Shown one piece after another: positions 52,551 to 62,509 of a DNA stretch of 64,000 nt. Position 1 is the stretch's first letter. The number at the start of each line of letters is the position of its first letter. The DNA lies in NCBI GenBank assembly GCA_963796685.1, contig CAWCMR010000025.1, forward strand, positions 1,088,001 through 1,152,000, read 5' to 3'. Below the pieces are notes generated by a model, which was not told the origin of the DNA, did no database searches, and was given only the letters and a program-made list of their open reading frames with translations. The stretch is from an uncultured delta proteobacterium (lineage in GTDB: Bacteria; Myxococcota_A; Polyangia; Fen-1088). A program made the position numbers and the translations under genes.

Positions 52551-52964
52551 ATGACTCAATCTCTCTTCGACAACCGTCGATTCGACTCGCGCATCCCGCT
52601 CGAGATGTATGTCAGCGCCTACGTGCTCGATCAGCCCCAGCGCGCGGTCACCATGGACATCAGCGAGAGCGGGCTCTATCTCAACGCTCTCATCCAACAC
52701 CCCTATCCGCCGCGCACGCCGGTGGGCCTGGAATTCGAGCTACCGGCCCTGGGCGAAACCATCTGGGCCGCGGGCGAAACCTGCCGAGAATCCCTGGACG
52801 ACTACTTCTATGGCCTCGGGGTTCGCTTCACCAGGATGGCAAACCTGCACCAGCGCATGCTGCGCGAATATTGCTGGCGCGCCCGAGGAGGAAGGCCGGC
52901 GCGGAAACCGGCGCAGCAGCCCCGCCGTTCGTTCAAGTTTTGGTCAACTCTAAGGCTGCCTTGA
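52551..52964 (+). CDS. PilZ-domain protein
   Basis: RRFDSR (RxxxR) and DISESG (DxSxxG). Confidence 0.88.
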   Translation: MTQSLFDNRRFDSRIPLEMYVSAYVLDQPQRAVTMDISESGLYLNALIQHPYPPRTPVGLEFELPALGETIWAAGETCRESLDDYFYGLGVRFTRMANLHQRMLREYCWRARGGRPARKPAQQPRRSFKFWSTLRLP

Positions 52965-53970
52965 TGGCGTGGAGCATGCTGGTTTCGTCGGCCTTGCCCT
53001 TGCCGGCAATGTCGTAGCCCGAGCCGTGGTCGACGGAGGTGCGCACCACGGGCAACCCCAAGGTGACGTTGACCGAGACCCGCGGAAAGGCCGGCTTGAC
53101 GGCCACCAATCCCTGGTCGTGGTACATGGCCAGGATCAGCTTGTAGCGTTTCACCCGCGCGATGAAGAAGGAGTCGGCGGGGAAGGGCCCGTCGCAGGTC
53201 CAGCCTTGCTCGCGCGCCCTCTCCATGGCGGGCAGGATGAGTCTATCTTCTTCGAGACCGAGAAGGCCGTGCTCGCCCGCGTGCGGGTTGAGCCCGAGCA
53301 CGGCGACCGGCAACTTTCGACCGTAGTACTTGCGCCCGGCGGCGGCGAGCATCGCGATGGTGGTGGCGATGCCCTGTTGGGATAGGTTCTTGGCGACGTC
53401 GACGAGCGGGACATGCGTCGTTTGCAGGGCCAAGATGTACTCGGGGGTCAGAAAGGCCATGCGCTCATCGTGGACGCCGAGCTCTTCGGCCAGGTAGCCG
53501 GTGTGGCCGACGAAACCAGGTTCGACCTTGGCCACGGCCTCCTTGGTCATGGGGGCGGTCACGATGGCGGCCACGGCCCCCCGTCGCGCCTTGTCGATGG
53601 CGAAATCGAGGTAATTGAGCTGCTGCCGGCCGTACGCGGGTACGCCGAAGCGAAAGTCCGCCTTGGCGAGCTTGCTCAGCTCGAACAGGCGAATGCGGGT
53701 GGGCGCTTGCAAGGTGGCGGAGAAAGCATCGACGACTTCGACGGGAATGCTTGCGCGCACGATGCGCTTGGCGTACCCGAGCACGTTGCCATCCCCCGCG
53801 ACGTACAGATTCGCCGGGCGCGCGGCGAGCAGCGCGCCTATGCTCTTGGCAAGGGTCGACCTTGGCCGCGCGAGAGCCGCCAGAGCGCTGACGATGACCT
53901 CGCCGGAGATGCCCGCGGGGTCGCCCAGGGTGATGAGGATGTTCTTGACCGGCTTCATCGGCAGCTTCAT
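52933..53970 (-). CDS. pdxA: 4-hydroxythreonine-4-phosphate dehydrogenase
   Basis: GDPAGI, GHTGYL, GLNPHAGE, AMYHDQG and RTSVDHG motifs. Confidence 0.93.
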   Translation of the reverse strand: MKLPMKPVKNILITLGDPAGISGEVIVSALAALARPRSTLAKSIGALLAARPANLYVAGDGNVLGYAKRIVRASIPVEVVDAFSATLQAPTRIRLFELSKLAKADFRFGVPAYGRQQLNYLDFAIDKARRGAVAAIVTAPMTKEAVAKVEPGFVGHTGYLAEELGVHDERMAFLTPEYILALQTTHVPLVDVAKNLSQQGIATTIAMLAAAGRKYYGRKLPVAVLGLNPHAGEHGLLGLEEDRLILPAMERAREQGWTCDGPFPADSFFIARVKRYKLILAMYHDQGLVAVKPAFPRVSVNVTLGLPVVRTSVDHGSGYDIAGKGKADETSMLHAIKAALELTKT

Positions 53971-54070
53971 CGGGAGGCGCCGATTATCCTCGCCGTCGCG
54001 GGTCATTTCACGCGAATTCCGCCGCCCGTGACTCCTCCGCGTTGGTATAAGATGGCCAGAGGAGATCACG

Positions 54071-54448
54071 ATGGAACTTGCGGACCTCAACGAAGATGAA
54101 CAACTGGCGCTGGCTGGACTGCTCGAATTCGTGGTCATGGCCAGTGGGCACGTGACCGATGACGAAGAGCAGGAAATCGCGGCCATCGTCGAGGCCATCG
54201 GCGACGAGCCCTACCGCAAGGCCGTGGAGGAGGTGGACAAGCGCTTCCCCGACGAACAGGCGTTGCGGGTCTTTCTCTCGTCCATCGGGCGCCAGGAGGC
54301 GCGCGAAGTCATTTATGGCACGGTGATCGAAGCCGCCATGACCGACACGGTAGAGGGAAGGGAATCGGCCCTGCTCGACTGGCTGGCCAAGGAATGGAAG
54401 GTGGAGGTCACGTACGAAGAGCCGCCGGCCGGCGAAGAAGCCACCTGA
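54071..54448 (+). CDS. Acidic TerB-like hypothetical protein
   Basis: 125 aa; ASGHVTDDEEQEI pattern; GGAG RBS. Confidence 0.6.
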   Translation: MELADLNEDEQLALAGLLEFVVMASGHVTDDEEQEIAAIVEAIGDEPYRKAVEEVDKRFPDEQALRVFLSSIGRQEAREVIYGTVIEAAMTDTVEGRESALLDWLAKEWKVEVTYEEPPAGEEAT

Positions 54449-54466
54449 TCCGCAGTTGCAGCTTCG

Positions 54467-54937
54467 TCACAGCCGCCTCACGGTCGCATCGGGCTTGCAC
54501 CGGTCGAGTGACTCGCCGCTGACCGGGTGACGCAGCTCCGGGAGCGCCACGTCGGCAAGAGGGATGCGCACGAAGGGACGCGACAAAAGGGCGGGATGGG
54601 GAACGCGCAGTCCCGGCTCGTCGATCACCGCTGCGCCGTAGAGAAGCAGGTCGATGTCGATGGTGCGCGGGGCCTTGGCCGGATGCCCGGGACGCATGCG
54701 TCCCTGCGCGCGTTCGATGCCGAGACACCCGTGCAGGAGCGCACGCGCGGAAAGCGCGGTTTCGAGCCTCACCGCTGCGTTCAAGTACATCGGCTGGTCT
54801 GCCCCACCCTCGGGAAGGGTTTCGTACAGAGCGCTGCTCGCCGCCACCTGGCCGAGTGTGGACAGCGCCCGGACGGCCCGTGCGATTTCGGATCGCCGGT
54901 CGCCGAGGTTCGAGCCCAAACCGAGGTAGGCAACCAT
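54467..54937 (-). CDS. folK: 2-amino-4-hydroxy-6-hydroxymethyldihydropteridine diphosphokinase
   Basis: YLGLGSNLGD, YLNA, PRTIDIDLL and VPHP motifs. Confidence 0.96.
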   Translation of the reverse strand: MVAYLGLGSNLGDRRSEIARAVRALSTLGQVAASSALYETLPEGGADQPMYLNAAVRLETALSARALLHGCLGIERAQGRMRPGHPAKAPRTIDIDLLLYGAAVIDEPGLRVPHPALLSRPFVRIPLADVALPELRHPVSGESLDRCKPDATVRRL

Positions 54938-54993
54938 GGCGCGGGCAGCTTACGCGAACGCTCGCGCCCCGGCATGGTAAGAACGTCGCTCGC

Positions 54994-55788
54994 ATGCTCG
55001 AAGCCCTTACCGCTGCTGGGTTGACCGGCTTGGCCACCGGCCTCGGGGCCTTCCCTTTCTTCTTCCTGCGCCGCCTTCCGCGGCGCGCCTACGACGGCAT
55101 CCTGGGAGTTGGTGCCGGCCTCATGCTGGCCGCCGCGACCCTCGGTCTTTTGGCCGAGGCGCTCGCGGGCGTGCACGGCTCCACCGGGTTCGATAGAGTC
55201 GTCCTCGGTAAGGTGGTGCTGGGCTTCCTCCTCGGGGTGGTGGTCGCCGCGCTCATGGATCGCTTCATCCCCCACCGGCACGCGGGCGGGCACCACGGTC
55301 ACATCGGGCTCGAAGGCCACGACGATCACAAATCATCCGACGAGCTCCGGCGCAGCTACGCCATCGTCGGAGCGCTCAGCATCCACCGCATCCCCGAGGG
55401 CCTCGCCATCGGGGCCGGTTTCGCCTCGGGTCACGGCTCCCGCCTGGGTTGGTTGCTCGTCATCTCGGTCGGCATTCAGAACATCTGCGAGGGCGTGGTC
55501 ATGGGCGCGCCTCTGCGGCTATCCGGGGTCCCGCCATGGCGCGCCCTGCTCGTGATTGCCGCGAGCGGCCTGGCGGTTCCGCTCGGCGCCGTCCTGGGCA
55601 ACGCGCTTTCCACCTCTGCCGTGGCCACCCTGCCCATTGTCCTGGCCCTGGCAGGTGGCATTCTCATCTACGTGACCTCGAACGAGGTCATCCCCGAGTC
55701 GCACAGCCATGGCCACGAAGGCACCGCCTCCACGGGTGTCGTTCTCGGATTCTTGCTCACCATGGTCCTTGGGGCAGTCCTTCGTTGA
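54994..55788 (+). CDS. ZIP-family metal transporter
   Basis: His-rich loop, HRIPEGLAIG, IQNICEG and EVIPESH motifs. Confidence 0.9.
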   Translation: MLEALTAAGLTGLATGLGAFPFFFLRRLPRRAYDGILGVGAGLMLAAATLGLLAEALAGVHGSTGFDRVVLGKVVLGFLLGVVVAALMDRFIPHRHAGGHHGHIGLEGHDDHKSSDELRRSYAIVGALSIHRIPEGLAIGAGFASGHGSRLGWLLVISVGIQNICEGVVMGAPLRLSGVPPWRALLVIAASGLAVPLGAVLGNALSTSAVATLPIVLALAGGILIYVTSNEVIPESHSHGHEGTASTGVVLGFLLTMVLGAVLR

Positions 55789-55802
55789 TTCTTGGGTCGG
55801 TT

Positions 55803-56303
55803 ATGGCAAATACTCCGCCCGTGCCTAGGTTTGCTCCGTTCTTCCTCGCCCTCGCGCTGCTGGTCCCTGCCTGCGGCTCGAAGATTGGCGATTCCTGCAG
55901 CACCAACGTGGACTGCGCCCAGGACGGGACCCGCGATTGCGACCTCTCGCAACCGGGCGGCTACTGCACCGTCAACGGCTGCGACGAGCTGTCCTGTCCA
56001 TCCGAGGCTGTCTGCATCCGCATCTTTCCCTACGAGGCGCCGGGAGCGGCCTGCACGATTGACTCGGATTGCGCAAGCGCCGACCTCCTGTGCCTGCCCG
56101 AGGGATTTTGCGTTCCCCGCGCCGCCGAGCGCCGCTACTGCGAGCTCCGCTGCGGCAGCGACGGCGACTGCCGAGGGGGCTACGTTTGCCGTGAAGCCGG
56201 CGTCGAAGGCAACACCCCGACTACCAACACCTACGGCAGCATCGCCCTGGTGGCCAATGCCAACCAGAGCACGGTCGTAAAATTCTGCGCTCCTGGGCCG
56301 TAG
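55803..56303 (+). CDS. Cys-rich lipoprotein
   Basis: Lipobox VPAC; IGDSCSTNVDC...PGGYCT. Confidence 0.8.
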   Translation: MANTPPVPRFAPFFLALALLVPACGSKIGDSCSTNVDCAQDGTRDCDLSQPGGYCTVNGCDELSCPSEAVCIRIFPYEAPGAACTIDSDCASADLLCLPEGFCVPRAAERRYCELRCGSDGDCRGGYVCREAGVEGNTPTTNTYGSIALVANANQSTVVKFCAPGP

Positions 56304-56718
56304 TAATGGGAACCCTGGAAGGGTTCCCAAACCCTCCCGCGCTCGGGCGAAGCCGGGCGAAGCCCGTCTTCGCCTACGCGTGTGTAATGGGAACCCTCGA
56401 AGGGTTCCCAAACCCTCCCGCGCTCGGGCGAAGCCGGGCGAAGCCCGTCTTCGCCTACGCGTGTGTAATGGGAACCCTCGAAGGGTTCCCAAACCCTCCC
56501 GCGCTCGGGCGAAGCCGGGCGAAGCCCGCCTTCGCCAACGCGTGTAGTAATGGGAACCCTCGAAGGGTTCCCAAACCCTCCCGCGCTCGGGCGAAGCCGG
56601 GCGAAGCCCGCCTTCGCCAACGCGTGTGTAATGGGAACCCTCGAAGGGTTCCCAAACCCTCCCGCGCTCGGGCGAAGCCGGGCGAAGCCCGCCTTCGCCA
56701 ACGCGTGTAGTAATGGGA
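56303..56718 (+). repeat. Five tandem 81-82-bp copies of the GGGAACCCT two-hairpin element
   Basis: Units start at 56303, 56384, 56465, 56547, 56628 and 56710 (partial); lies between convergent genes. Confidence 0.95.
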
Positions 56719-56728
56719 GCGCGGTCCG

Positions 56729-57139
56729 TTATCGGCGGAAGCCGAGCAGCAGATCGGTCGTGGCCTGATCTGCGGCTGGAAAGGGGTACTTCTCGAACTC
56801 GCTCGACCGCACCCAGCGCACCTCGGCCACGCGCAAGGCAAGAGGCTCGTGCCCAGGTTGGATCGCGGTCTGGTAGAGATTCAGATCCACCGAGTACCCT
56901 TGGTAGTGGTGAACTCGATGCGCCATGCGCGTCTTGACCTCGACGTCGGTGCCAAGGCGTTCGCGAAGCTCCCGTCGCAGAGCCTCTTCGTCGGTCTCGC
57001 CTTCTTCCACCCGGCCGCCTGGGAATTCCCAGAGCCCGGGGAGCACGGCCGTGGAGCGTCGCTGGGTAATCAGGTAGCTGCCGTCACGTTCGATCACGGC
57101 GGCTACAAGTCGAATCAGCGGCTGAGCCTCGTTCGCCAT
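56729..57139 (-). CDS. NUDIX hydrolase (MutT/NudG-like)
   Basis: WEFPGGRVEEGETDEEALRRELRERLG Nudix box variant. Confidence 0.9.
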   Translation of the reverse strand: MANEAQPLIRLVAAVIERDGSYLITQRRSTAVLPGLWEFPGGRVEEGETDEEALRRELRERLGTDVEVKTRMAHRVHHYQGYSVDLNLYQTAIQPGHEPLALRVAEVRWVRSSEFEKYPFPAADQATTDLLLGFRR

Positions 57140-57353
57140 GGGGGGCAGTACTGTACCACGGATCGCCCCCCATGGGCGAAGTCCCTAGTCCCGCGACAAG
57201 AAGAGTGACAGCGCGGAGGGTAGCAGAAAGAGACACCTTTCCACGATGGATGAACGCACCCAATCGGAGCGATGACGGGTGGTCGTGGACGTAGACGGCT
57301 TACCGTGGCCGTGGCCGTGGCCGACGAAGCCCTGGTCGGGATTTCCGTCTCCT

Positions 57354-59237
57354 CTAGAAGCTGATCCCGCTCTTCTGGCAAGCCGACTTCACGTACAGCT
57401 TGTTGCGCTCGTCCAGCCGCTCGAAGGCCTTGGCCGCCGAACCGGCATCGTGCAAGGCGCACGAGCAGACCGCGATGATTTGATAGGCGTTGGTCAGGTT
57501 GGGCTTCACGCGAAGAGCCCTGCGGGCAGAGTCGATGGCGGCCGCATACTGACCGCGGAACCATGCTTGCTGAGCATCCTTGATGAGCTTGTCCGGATCG
57601 GCGACAGGGGCGGGCTCGGGCCCGGAAGGCTCGACCTCGGATCTGGGTTTGGACGCACGCGCAACGACCGGCGCCGCTGCGGGATGGTGATGTGTGGGCC
57701 TGGGTGCTTCGGCGACCGGCGCGAGCGCGGGTTGTTTCGCCATGGCCTCGCACCGCTTGACCACGGCCGCGGCCTTCTTGTTCTTGGCCTCCACGCCCAG
57801 GACCGCTTCAGCCTCGCGGCGAGCCTCGTCGCAATCGTTGGCCGCGAGCTTGGCCCTGGCTGCTTCGAGATGCGTCGCCACGAATCGAGCTTGCGCGCTC
57901 TTGTGCAGCTCGACCGCGCGCGGTTTGTACATGCTCTCGTCGGGAAACTCGGAGGTCCCTTGCAGCACGGTTTCCAAGTCGTTGTTGGCCATGGCTGCCT
58001 TCAAGGCTGCGAGCTTCTCGCTGTATTGCTTCTCCGCCTCGATGGCCTTGCGCAGGTTGGTCGCATCGGTCGAGCCCGGTTCTTGTGCGATGGCCTTGCC
58101 GACGAGAGCCAAAGCCTCTTCCCACTTTTCGGCCTGCGCGTCCTTTTTTGCCTCGGCAAGCAGATCGGCCACGGACACCGCCGGCTCGGCAGGCTTGGGC
58201 TCCTCGGCGATGGGCTGGGCGGGCGACTGCGCGGGCGCCTGGGCGGGCGGCGGCGTGGGTAGTGGCGCAGGGGGCGCAGGGGGCGTGGGCTGCGCCGGTT
58301 GCCCCACGGGAGCAACCGGGACGTTGTTCGCCACTGCTGGCGGGGCCGGCGGCGCTGGCGGCGGCGCACTCTTGGCGATCTTGCCGCCCGGTGTGCCCGA
58401 GAAAGCGAAGACCAGCAACAGCCCTACCCCGACGGCTCCCACGCCCACGGCCAACCCGAGAAGGCGTTTGTTATGGTACCAGGCGCGCGGCTCGTCGTAG
58501 AGCGCGCTGTCGCCGGACAGAAAGCGCAGCCGAACCTCGCCAAGCTCGATGACATCGCCCGAGTGCAGCTCGATCCGATCGCCTTCCGCCCCACCCACGC
58601 GAACGCCGTTTGCGCTCTCCAGATCCCAAATGACGTAGCGGCTTCCCTCGCGCACGATCCTGGCGTGGTGCCGCGAGATCGACTTGTGGTTGATGATGAT
58701 GTCGTTCTCCCCCGTGCGGCCAACGACGTGCGATGGCCGATCGAGAATGAACTCGGTCCCGGACATGAAACGACTGGTGACCACGAGCCGCCCCGGAGGC
58801 TCGGAGAAGGCGGTCGGCGCCGCCATGGCGGCCTGCGCGAGCATCGTGCCGATGGGGATGGTTGGTTGGCCATCCATGGCTTCTTCGACGGGCGGGGCCG
58901 CGGCAGCACCCTCCGGCGACGTCGACGCAACGGCGCCCTGGCTGGTACGATCCTCCTGGATACCGAGGCGATAGTCGCCGATGAGAATGACGTCGCCGTC
59001 CTTGAGGCTCGCCACCCCGGACAGCGCGCTGCCGTTCAGGCTGGTGCCGTTGTAGCTGCCCAGATCCTCGATTCTGAGCACGCCGTTGCGCAAGGTCAGG
59101 CGAGCATGTCTGCGCGACACGTTTTGCTCGGTCAGACGAATGGTGTTGCCATCCGAGCGACCGATGGTGATTTCCTCGCGGATGAGCGGTACGGCGACCG
59201 TCTTCCCTTCATCGTCCTCGATGAGCAGCTTATGCAT
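57354..59237 (-). CDS. Tandem-FHA membrane protein with periplasmic TPR-like region
   Basis: IGRSDGN...VSRRHA...SYNGT and VGRTGEN...SRHHA...SANG; TM helix; Pro-rich linker. Confidence 0.88.
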   Translation of the reverse strand: MHKLLIEDDEGKTVAVPLIREEITIGRSDGNTIRLTEQNVSRRHARLTLRNGVLRIEDLGSYNGTSLNGSALSGVASLKDGDVILIGDYRLGIQEDRTSQGAVASTSPEGAAAAPPVEEAMDGQPTIPIGTMLAQAAMAAPTAFSEPPGRLVVTSRFMSGTEFILDRPSHVVGRTGENDIIINHKSISRHHARIVREGSRYVIWDLESANGVRVGGAEGDRIELHSGDVIELGEVRLRFLSGDSALYDEPRAWYHNKRLLGLAVGVGAVGVGLLLVFAFSGTPGGKIAKSAPPPAPPAPPAVANNVPVAPVGQPAQPTPPAPPAPLPTPPPAQAPAQSPAQPIAEEPKPAEPAVSVADLLAEAKKDAQAEKWEEALALVGKAIAQEPGSTDATNLRKAIEAEKQYSEKLAALKAAMANNDLETVLQGTSEFPDESMYKPRAVELHKSAQARFVATHLEAARAKLAANDCDEARREAEAVLGVEAKNKKAAAVVKRCEAMAKQPALAPVAEAPRPTHHHPAAAPVVARASKPRSEVEPSGPEPAPVADPDKLIKDAQQAWFRGQYAAAIDSARRALRVKPNLTNAYQIIAVCSCALHDAGSAAKAFERLDERNKLYVKSACQKSGISF

Positions 59238-59372
59238 CGTACCCGGCACTCTCGCTCCTCGACAATGTATCCGCACCCCTCGTGCGGATCAAGACAAGGG
59301 CACTCTTCGTGAAATCCTCTGGCTTCGGTTCGGCATTATGCGCCAAGGCGGTGCGTGCGCAAGCGGTTGCAT

Positions 59373-60314
59373 TCACACGCTCCGCAGCTCGGGATAGGTC
59401 GTCATGAGATCGGTTTCGGTCAGCGAATCCTCCGGGTCGGCGGGGGTCCAGATGACCTCGAGCCCAAGCAAGGCGCTCGACGGCACGCCACCAAGCTCGG
59501 ACAGGACCGCTTCGAGGGCCGCGCGATCCTCGATCTTCTTCATTCCGTCGAGCGAAACCCGCGTGGCCACCAAGAGGGTGATGACCAGGAATTCGAGCGC
59601 CTCGCTGCCCACCGTGGCCGCCGCCTCGGAGTGCCGCACCTGACCCTCGGCACCCCGCACGCGTTCGATCTGGAAGCGCGAGCGCTCGGTCGTGGCGGCG
59701 CCGGTCATCTTGGCCTCGCCGTTGGTGAGACTGAAGGGACCACTCGGTTCGACCAGGCCATAGCGAATGGCGTCCTTTTCGCGCATGAGCTCCAGCGCCG
59801 TCTGGTGCAGGAGCTCGGCAAGACCGGCCTCGGAAGAGGTGTCGCCCGTGCTGGCGAATTCCTCGAGCCGCTTCTGAACCCCGCGGCCCGAGCGCCCGAG
59901 GCCGAGTTGGACCTTATAGACGTACGCACGCTCCATGGAAGCGTCCACGTCGTCGTACTCGTCGTTGCCGGTTCCGTAGCCGAGGACGCCGCGGCGGGCC
60001 GCGCGCCGGACGGACCGAACCACCATGACCGCGCCGAAGCAGACGATGCCTACCAGCATGAGACTGCCCACCATGCCGAGGCCGCCACCAAAGCCCCAAC
60101 CCCCGTACCCCCAGCCGAAGCTGGGCAGAAAGACGAAGCTCGAGCCGCCGCCGTAGTTACCCGAGCTTCGCGAAAGGCCGCGCGAAACACCGCCCGAGCT
60201 CGAGTGGAAGCCGCGCAGCCCGCCGAAGCTGCCGCCGGACCTGGGCCCGGCGTAGGCCAAGCCGGAGGCAGCGAGCAGACACACAAGGCAGAACAACCGA
60301 AGCAAGCGCATCAT
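59373..60314 (-). CDS. DUF1517 (FLAP1-like) membrane protein
   Basis: RSGGSFGG, QLGL, DTSSEAGL and EVIWTP...YPEL motifs. Confidence 0.85.
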   Translation of the reverse strand: MMRLLRLFCLVCLLAASGLAYAGPRSGGSFGGLRGFHSSSGGVSRGLSRSSGNYGGGSSFVFLPSFGWGYGGWGFGGGLGMVGSLMLVGIVCFGAVMVVRSVRRAARRGVLGYGTGNDEYDDVDASMERAYVYKVQLGLGRSGRGVQKRLEEFASTGDTSSEAGLAELLHQTALELMREKDAIRYGLVEPSGPFSLTNGEAKMTGAATTERSRFQIERVRGAEGQVRHSEAAATVGSEALEFLVITLLVATRVSLDGMKKIEDRAALEAVLSELGGVPSSALLGLEVIWTPADPEDSLTETDLMTTYPELRSV

Positions 60315-60407
60315 GAGAGCCTCACGACAGGAGAGCTTAGCGGTCCGGCCAAGCAAAGGCAAAGCCTCGTGAGCGCCGGGGTGCTCAACGGAAAGAGAGG
60401 CCTCTAA

Positions 60408-60443
60408 GGAAGCCAGGAAGCCAAGAAGCCAAGAAGTCAGGAA
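60408..60443. repeat. Short 8-bp tandem repeat (RGAAGCCA x ~4.5)
   Basis: GGAAGCCAGGAAGCCAAGAAGCCAAGAAGTCAGGAA in the divergent intergenic region. Confidence 0.7.
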
Positions 60444-60578
60444 TGGGTGGCATGGCCGCTGGGGTACCCTGAGCGCGGCGTGTGGGACCGTCGCGCCGTG
60501 ATGGCTCGCACGGAAACGGTCAAACATGGCTGGATGCCCAGTCCTATTGGTGCGAAAGATCGTGGTGGCGGAGATGCC

Positions 60579-62255
60579 TTGACGATTCCCAGCCCCAAAC
60601 AAGCCTGCCCACGCCGAAATCGCCCCGGCTCCACGCTGTCGCTCGCCGTCGCCGCGGCCTTGCTCTCCGCGCTCGCGTGCGCCTCGTCGAGCACGATCGC
60701 CCCTACCGGGGCCGGTGGTGGCGGCGGCACTTCGTTCTCGGCCGCGGGTGGCGCCATGAGCGGTACCGGCGGCAGCATCGTGATTTCGACCAACGCGGTT
60801 CCGTGCAACGGGTCGGGCTATTCGTGCCTTGTCCCCAAGTGCGGCAACGTGGACACCGGCACCACGGTGAGCGGCACGGTCTTCGATCCGTCCGGGAAGA
60901 ATCCCGTCTACGGAGCGGTCGTGTACATCCCGGACCAACCCGACCAGATCGGCGACATCTCCCAGGGGCCCGGCAACCTGTGTGGGCGGTGCGTGCAACC
61001 CACCGGCAGCCCCATCACGGGCGCGGTGACCGGCCCCGACGGCTCCTTCGTCATCACGCGAACGCCCGTGGGCCGGCAGATCCCCATCGTGGTTCAGCTC
61101 GGCAAATGGCGCCGCATGAGCTTCATCGATATCGACAACGCCTGCGCAGACAATCCCGTGGACGATCCGGAGCTGACCCGCTTGCCGCGCAGCCGCGGCG
61201 ACGGCAAGAAGGTCTCGTTGCCCAAAATCGCCATTGCCACCGGGGCCGCGGATCGGCTGCAATGCCTGCTCCTGCGCATGGGCGTGGATGCCAGCGAGTT
61301 CACCAATCCCGACGGGCCAGGCTCCGTCAATCTCTACAACCAGCCACCCGCCCTGGGCTCCGATCCCAGCGGCCGCTACGACCCCGGGATGAGCGGCGGG
61401 GCCGCCTTCCCGGACGCCGCTGCCTTCTGGTCGGACATCAATCAGCTCGCGAAGTACGACCTGGTCCTGCTGGCTTGCGCAGGCAACCAGGCCGCCACGG
61501 ATCCGACGCGAACCAATCCCAACCCCATCACCGACGCCGCCAAGGCCAGCCTGATCAAGTACCTGGCAAGCGGCGGGCGCGTGCTCGGCGAACACTTCAA
61601 TTGGGCCTGGATCCGGTCCTACCCTCCGAAGAGCGACGGCCAGTCCAGCCTCCCGGTCCCGTCGCCTCTCGGCTCCGATGTGGCCACCTGGTTTCCCTAC
61701 CTGGATACCACGGATGCGGCGAGCTCGGCCGTGCCGGCGGGGACGACCGCGCAGGCGCTGGTCGATACCTCTTTCCCCAAGGGCCGGGACTTCGCGCAGT
61801 GGCTGGTGGCGGCCAAGGCCACCCAAACCCTCGGCACCTTCCCCCTGGTGGGCGACCTCAAGCGTACCGCCATCGACGAGCTGACCGTGTTGCCGTCCGC
61901 GCAGCGCTGGCTCTACCAGCCGGCCTCCCCTGGCGACCCCACGGGCGCCGCCGCGTACGCCCATTACCTGAGCTTCAACCTCACGAGCAGCGGCCAAGTG
62001 GTGGACCGCGGCTCGACGGACGCGACCAACCTGTGCGGCCGCTTCGCGTACACCGGCCTGCACGTGGATTCGGGGGATACCACCACGCATGCCAGCGACC
62101 TGGCCGACGACAAGGCCAGGACGGCGCCTTTTCCGAGCTGTTGCGCCGCCGGCAATCTGAACCCGTCCGAGAAGGCCATGGAGTTCATGGTGCTCGACCT
62201 GTCGGCCTGCCTATCGCTCGACGCCGACACGACCGCAGATCGAATCATCTTCTAA
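60579..62255 (+). CDS. Lipoprotein with carboxypeptidase-regulatory-like domain (myxobacterial type)
   Basis: Lipobox ALAC, Gly linker, VSGTVFDPSG, QLGKWRR and EKAMEFMVLDLSAC; start position uncertain. Confidence 0.8.
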   Translation: MTIPSPKQACPRRNRPGSTLSLAVAAALLSALACASSSTIAPTGAGGGGGTSFSAAGGAMSGTGGSIVISTNAVPCNGSGYSCLVPKCGNVDTGTTVSGTVFDPSGKNPVYGAVVYIPDQPDQIGDISQGPGNLCGRCVQPTGSPITGAVTGPDGSFVITRTPVGRQIPIVVQLGKWRRMSFIDIDNACADNPVDDPELTRLPRSRGDGKKVSLPKIAIATGAADRLQCLLLRMGVDASEFTNPDGPGSVNLYNQPPALGSDPSGRYDPGMSGGAAFPDAAAFWSDINQLAKYDLVLLACAGNQAATDPTRTNPNPITDAAKASLIKYLASGGRVLGEHFNWAWIRSYPPKSDGQSSLPVPSPLGSDVATWFPYLDTTDAASSAVPAGTTAQALVDTSFPKGRDFAQWLVAAKATQTLGTFPLVGDLKRTAIDELTVLPSAQRWLYQPASPGDPTGAAAYAHYLSFNLTSSGQVVDRGSTDATNLCGRFAYTGLHVDSGDTTTHASDLADDKARTAPFPSCCAAGNLNPSEKAMEFMVLDLSACLSLDADTTADRIIF

Positions 62256-62509
62256 CCCTCGCCGGCACGATTCTCGATGGCCTCCCGCTGGGACCGCGCT
62301 GGAACCTCGATGAGAGTCCGATGCATCGGCGATGTATGCCGGCTTAACGTGCCATCCTCGGCCTGATCCGCCCTTGTGCGAACCGCGATGCAACCTCGAC
62401 CAAGTACGATGGAACCCCGATTGTCCAGTCTGCGCTAACTCCGATACAAGCCCGATGCAAGTTGGTGGAAATTTTACGGCGAAGCGGGTCAGGCGTAGGG
62501 TTTTCGCTG

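Noticed and set aside
56303-56718. Palindromic repeat array as CRISPR
   Set aside because: The sequence between palindromes is nearly identical in every unit, so there are no spacers; the same applies to 49187-49680
59373-62090. 905-aa minus-strand ORF as one protein
   Set aside because: The N-terminal ~590 aa is mostly the antisense shadow of the + strand lipoprotein; only 59373-60314 is DUF1517
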